Assembly: GCA_023266055.1 (NCBI GenBank)
Contig: JAHFRW010000010.1
Coordinates: forward strand, 4,139-68,138
DNA from: Gammaproteobacteria bacterium
GTDB taxonomy: Bacteria; Pseudomonadota; Gammaproteobacteria; Ga0077554; Ga007554
Reading direction: 5' to 3'
DNA length: 64,000 bases
Each line of letters starts with the position of its first letter. Position 1 is the stretch's first letter. The translations under genes were made by a program, and so were the position numbers. The notes beneath the pieces were generated by a model. That model was not told the origin of the DNA and made no database searches. It was given only the letters and a program-made list of their open reading frames with translations. Shown piece by piece: positions 61,213-64,000 of this stretch.

Positions 61213-62553
61213 ATGATCAAAAAACCACACAACAACACTGGCACTGCACGCGCGCGCCACGTCCACATCCAGAAAGCCGCAGAGCTGCTCGATCTGATTT
61301 TGAACAATAGCACCCGCCCGGCGGACAAGCACATGGAAAGCTATTTTCGCGAGCATCGCAACATGGGTGTACGTGATCGCGGCTTTGTCGCCGAGACCGT
61401 GTATGGCTGCCTGCGGCGGCGACGCTTCCTGGAATATATTGCGGGCGAGAATCCATCCCCGCACATGCTGGTGTATGCAGACCTGCTCGCCTCCCAGGGG
61501 TGGAGCGCGCGTGCGCTCACCGACGCCGGGCTGGCACAGGAATCTGCCAACGCGCTGGTCACACGTCTACGCACCCTCGATAAAAACACGTTACCCTTGA
61601 ACATACGCACCAACCTTCCTGACTGGCTGCTGGAGCGATTACTCGCGCAACTCGGCGAAACCGAAACCGTGGCACTGGCTGACGCACTCAACCAACCCGC
61701 CACGCTTGACCTGCGTGCCAACACCCTCAAGGCTGATCGTGATACTGTCGCACGGCATCTTGCCGACGAAGGCTTTCCCGTCGAACCCACACCCTATTCT
61801 CCGCTCGGCCTGCGCCGCCGTGAACGTGCGCCACTCTTTAATACCGCCAGCTTTAAAGCCGGAGAATGTGAAGTGCAGGACGAAGGCAGCCAACTGGCAT
61901 GCCTGCTGCTCGAAGCCCGGCGGCGTGAAATGGTGGTGGATTTCTGCGCCGGGGCGGGTGGCAAAACATTACAGATCGGCGCGCTCATGGCCAATACCGG
62001 CACCCTCTATGCCTTCGACGTATCACAAAAACGCCTTGATAGCCTGAAACCGCGCGTCAAACGTGCGGGGCTGGATATTGTACGCACCGTTACCATCGCC
62101 CATGAGCGTGATGCGCGCGTGCAACGCCTCCATGGCAAAATTGACCGGGTACTGGTTGATGCGCCCTGCACCGGCACCGGCACATTGCGCCGTAACCCCG
62201 ACATTAAATGGCGTCCCATCGATTTGCCGGACATCAACGCGCTCCAGCAACGCATCCTCACCGCTGCCGCACAAATGGTAAAACCCGGCGGGCGTCTGGT
62301 GTATATAACATGCAGCCTGTTAAAAGAAGAAAATGAAGGTATCGTAAATTATTTTCTCAGCCAGCATCCCGAATTTCACAGCCTGCCCGCCGCACAGATT
62401 CTAGCGCGCCAGCATATTCCCGACGGCCTCGTTAACGTGGATGAGCACGCCTTACGGCTTTACCCACATCGCCAGGGTACGGATGGCTTTTATGCGATTG
62501 CACTGGAACGCGATGCAGCCACAAAGGAAAACTCAAAAAAATCGGGTAGCTAA
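61213..62553 (+). CDS. RsmB/NOP2-family RNA m5C methyltransferase
   Basis: VQDEGSQ, DFCAGAGGKT, DAPCTGTG.LRRNP, YITCS, TDGFY. Confidence 0.92.
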   Translation: MIKKPHNNTGTARARHVHIQKAAELLDLILNNSTRPADKHMESYFREHRNMGVRDRGFVAETVYGCLRRRRFLEYIAGENPSPHMLVYADLLASQGWSARALTDAGLAQESANALVTRLRTLDKNTLPLNIRTNLPDWLLERLLAQLGETETVALADALNQPATLDLRANTLKADRDTVARHLADEGFPVEPTPYSPLGLRRRERAPLFNTASFKAGECEVQDEGSQLACLLLEARRREMVVDFCAGAGGKTLQIGALMANTGTLYAFDVSQKRLDSLKPRVKRAGLDIVRTVTIAHERDARVQRLHGKIDRVLVDAPCTGTGTLRRNPDIKWRPIDLPDINALQQRILTAAAQMVKPGGRLVYITCSLLKEENEGIVNYFLSQHPEFHSLPAAQILARQHIPDGLVNVDEHALRLYPHRQGTDGFYAIALERDAATKENSKKSGS

Positions 62554-63166
62554 CGGCAGCCATATTGTTGAGATTACAGGAAAACTTCCCGGTGAAAATT
62601 TTTGGACACTCCAAAATAAACCCGCGCAAAATACACCATATTGAATGGTTGTGTGGCATCAAGTGCCCAAGAATTATGTGTACTGGGTATTTTGACACTG
62701 ACGGGCTGTGTCTATATACCCAAATTTGAATTCCCTGCAATATGAAGACATGGATTATGGTTATGCACACGGCTCAAAATAAAAAATATATTACCGAGAC
62801 TATGATCGAGAAATAAAAAAACAGACAAAATATTTCAGTTTTCAATGGGCCAAAAGAAACTTAAAGAATTCAATTCCGATCACGATTTAGCCTTACGGAC
62901 AATAACCAAATAGATATTCGAAGCGGAAGGGTTCTGCCCAAATGGTTACGAAATCAAGTATGACAAAAATATTACCGGGGGAGGCCCCAGTTTTATTTTG
63001 ACGGTCTTTTACCGATGAAAATGCTGTCTTTGCTCGGTGCTTAAACGAATGACCGGCTCACCACTTGGTTTTGCGTTAAAGTGCTGGCTCCATTATTATC
63101 AGCATTGCTTCTTGTTTCAGAAACAGTGACCCTATCCGCCCTCGTGTTGGCGGTTCCACGTCGGCA

Positions 63167-64000
63167 TCACACTAACGGATACGCGGGCTTGTCTTTGGAT
63201 TCGCAGATCCAGTTCACCCAGAGCTTGTTATCCGTGCCTTCCTTCAGCGTAACGTAGTTTCTGACCCGCAGATATTTCTCGGAACCAAACGGCTTAATAA
63301 TGGATGTCTCTATGGTTTTTTCTTCATTCAGCCATTCATTTTTATCATTGGTAATCGCCATGATCCCCAGCCACGCGATGCGACTGGGCGCAGGGTGCAC
63401 AATGCCGGATGATACAACCTGATGAAGTTTAATAATGGTGGCACTGTCTCGACGATCGGCAACCACACCAAGGCAGCCGATATGCACATCGCCTGACAGG
63501 ATAACGGTACGGTCCTTATCGCGGATTTTTGCATTTTCGAGCAGACGCATAATTAATCGCGCGCGCTCTCCCTGATGCTCCTTGGCGCGCCAGTGATCCT
63601 TTAAATCATCGGTCAGCTCTTCTTCCCAGGGTGTAAAATCAACACCTGCCTCAGCAAGAGAAAAATCCCGATACACCACCGGAACACCCGCAAGCACCAG
63701 CAGATTACCCGCCGTGACCTTACTGTCGAGATAGCCGATCACATCGTTCCATTGATCATTGCTCATGACCTGACTCAAGGTACGCTCGGCACGGTTATCC
63801 AGGGCCAGGATATGGTACCCGGAAAATTTGAAAGCCATCGCGTAATGATTGGCGGCGGGATTCAGCAGGCTAATGTTACGTTTGGACCGGATCTGAAACA
63901 GCTCAAAATATTTCTTTGCGCATGCAAAAATCGCCTGAAACACCTCACAGGCTTGCAAATCCGGTGGATAGCTCCCCCATCCATCAAAAATATCATGGTC
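63167..64000 (-). CDS. PhoD-like phosphatase (5' end outside the window)
   Basis: Frame open to the window edge (DHDIFDGWGS), LDNRAER, ILSGDVH, VVSSGIVHP. Confidence 0.8.
   Translation of the reverse strand, partial: DHDIFDGWGSYPPDLQACEVFQAIFACAKKYFELFQIRSKRNISLLNPAANHYAMAFKFSGYHILALDNRAERTLSQVMSNDQWNDVIGYLDSKVTAGNLLVLAGVPVVYRDFSLAEAGVDFTPWEEELTDDLKDHWRAKEHQGERARLIMRLLENAKIRDKDRTVILSGDVHIGCLGVVADRRDSATIIKLHQVVSSGIVHPAPSRIAWLGIMAITNDKNEWLNEEKTIETSIIKPFGSEKYLRVRNYVTLKEGTDNKLWVNWICESKDKPAYPLV

Noticed and set aside
62560-63160. AT-rich ORF-less gap
   Set aside because: Looks like decayed gene fragments; no repeats or structure could be supported

Overview
Chromosomal window from a probable chemolithotrophic gammaproteobacterium (taxonomy inferred from gene content only). 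In order: (1) 1-2.97 kb, a decayed integron with a truncated intI, an attI and four attC sites; three of the four complete cassettes are ORF-less but highly structured (two ~93% identical copies of one type, plus a second type with long terminal complementarity). (2) A persulfide dioxygenase and a fatty-acid beta-oxidation operon headed by a permuted NlpC/P60 enzyme. (3) A ~15 kb minus-strand extracellular-electron-transfer locus whose order and heme counts match the Uet (undecaheme) porin-cytochrome system, with its own ResB/CcsA maturation genes and preceded by three tandem porin paralogues. (4) Two inverted copies of an unrecognised ~225-280 nt structured non-coding element flanking one porin. 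(5) Assorted metabolic and regulatory genes, including a secreted lysyl-oxidase-like protein. (6) A mobile patch: an IS630 remnant, a three-gene secreted module, and a dead group II intron carrying a 177-bp MITE. All calls come from reading the sequence by eye; no searches or folding programs were run.
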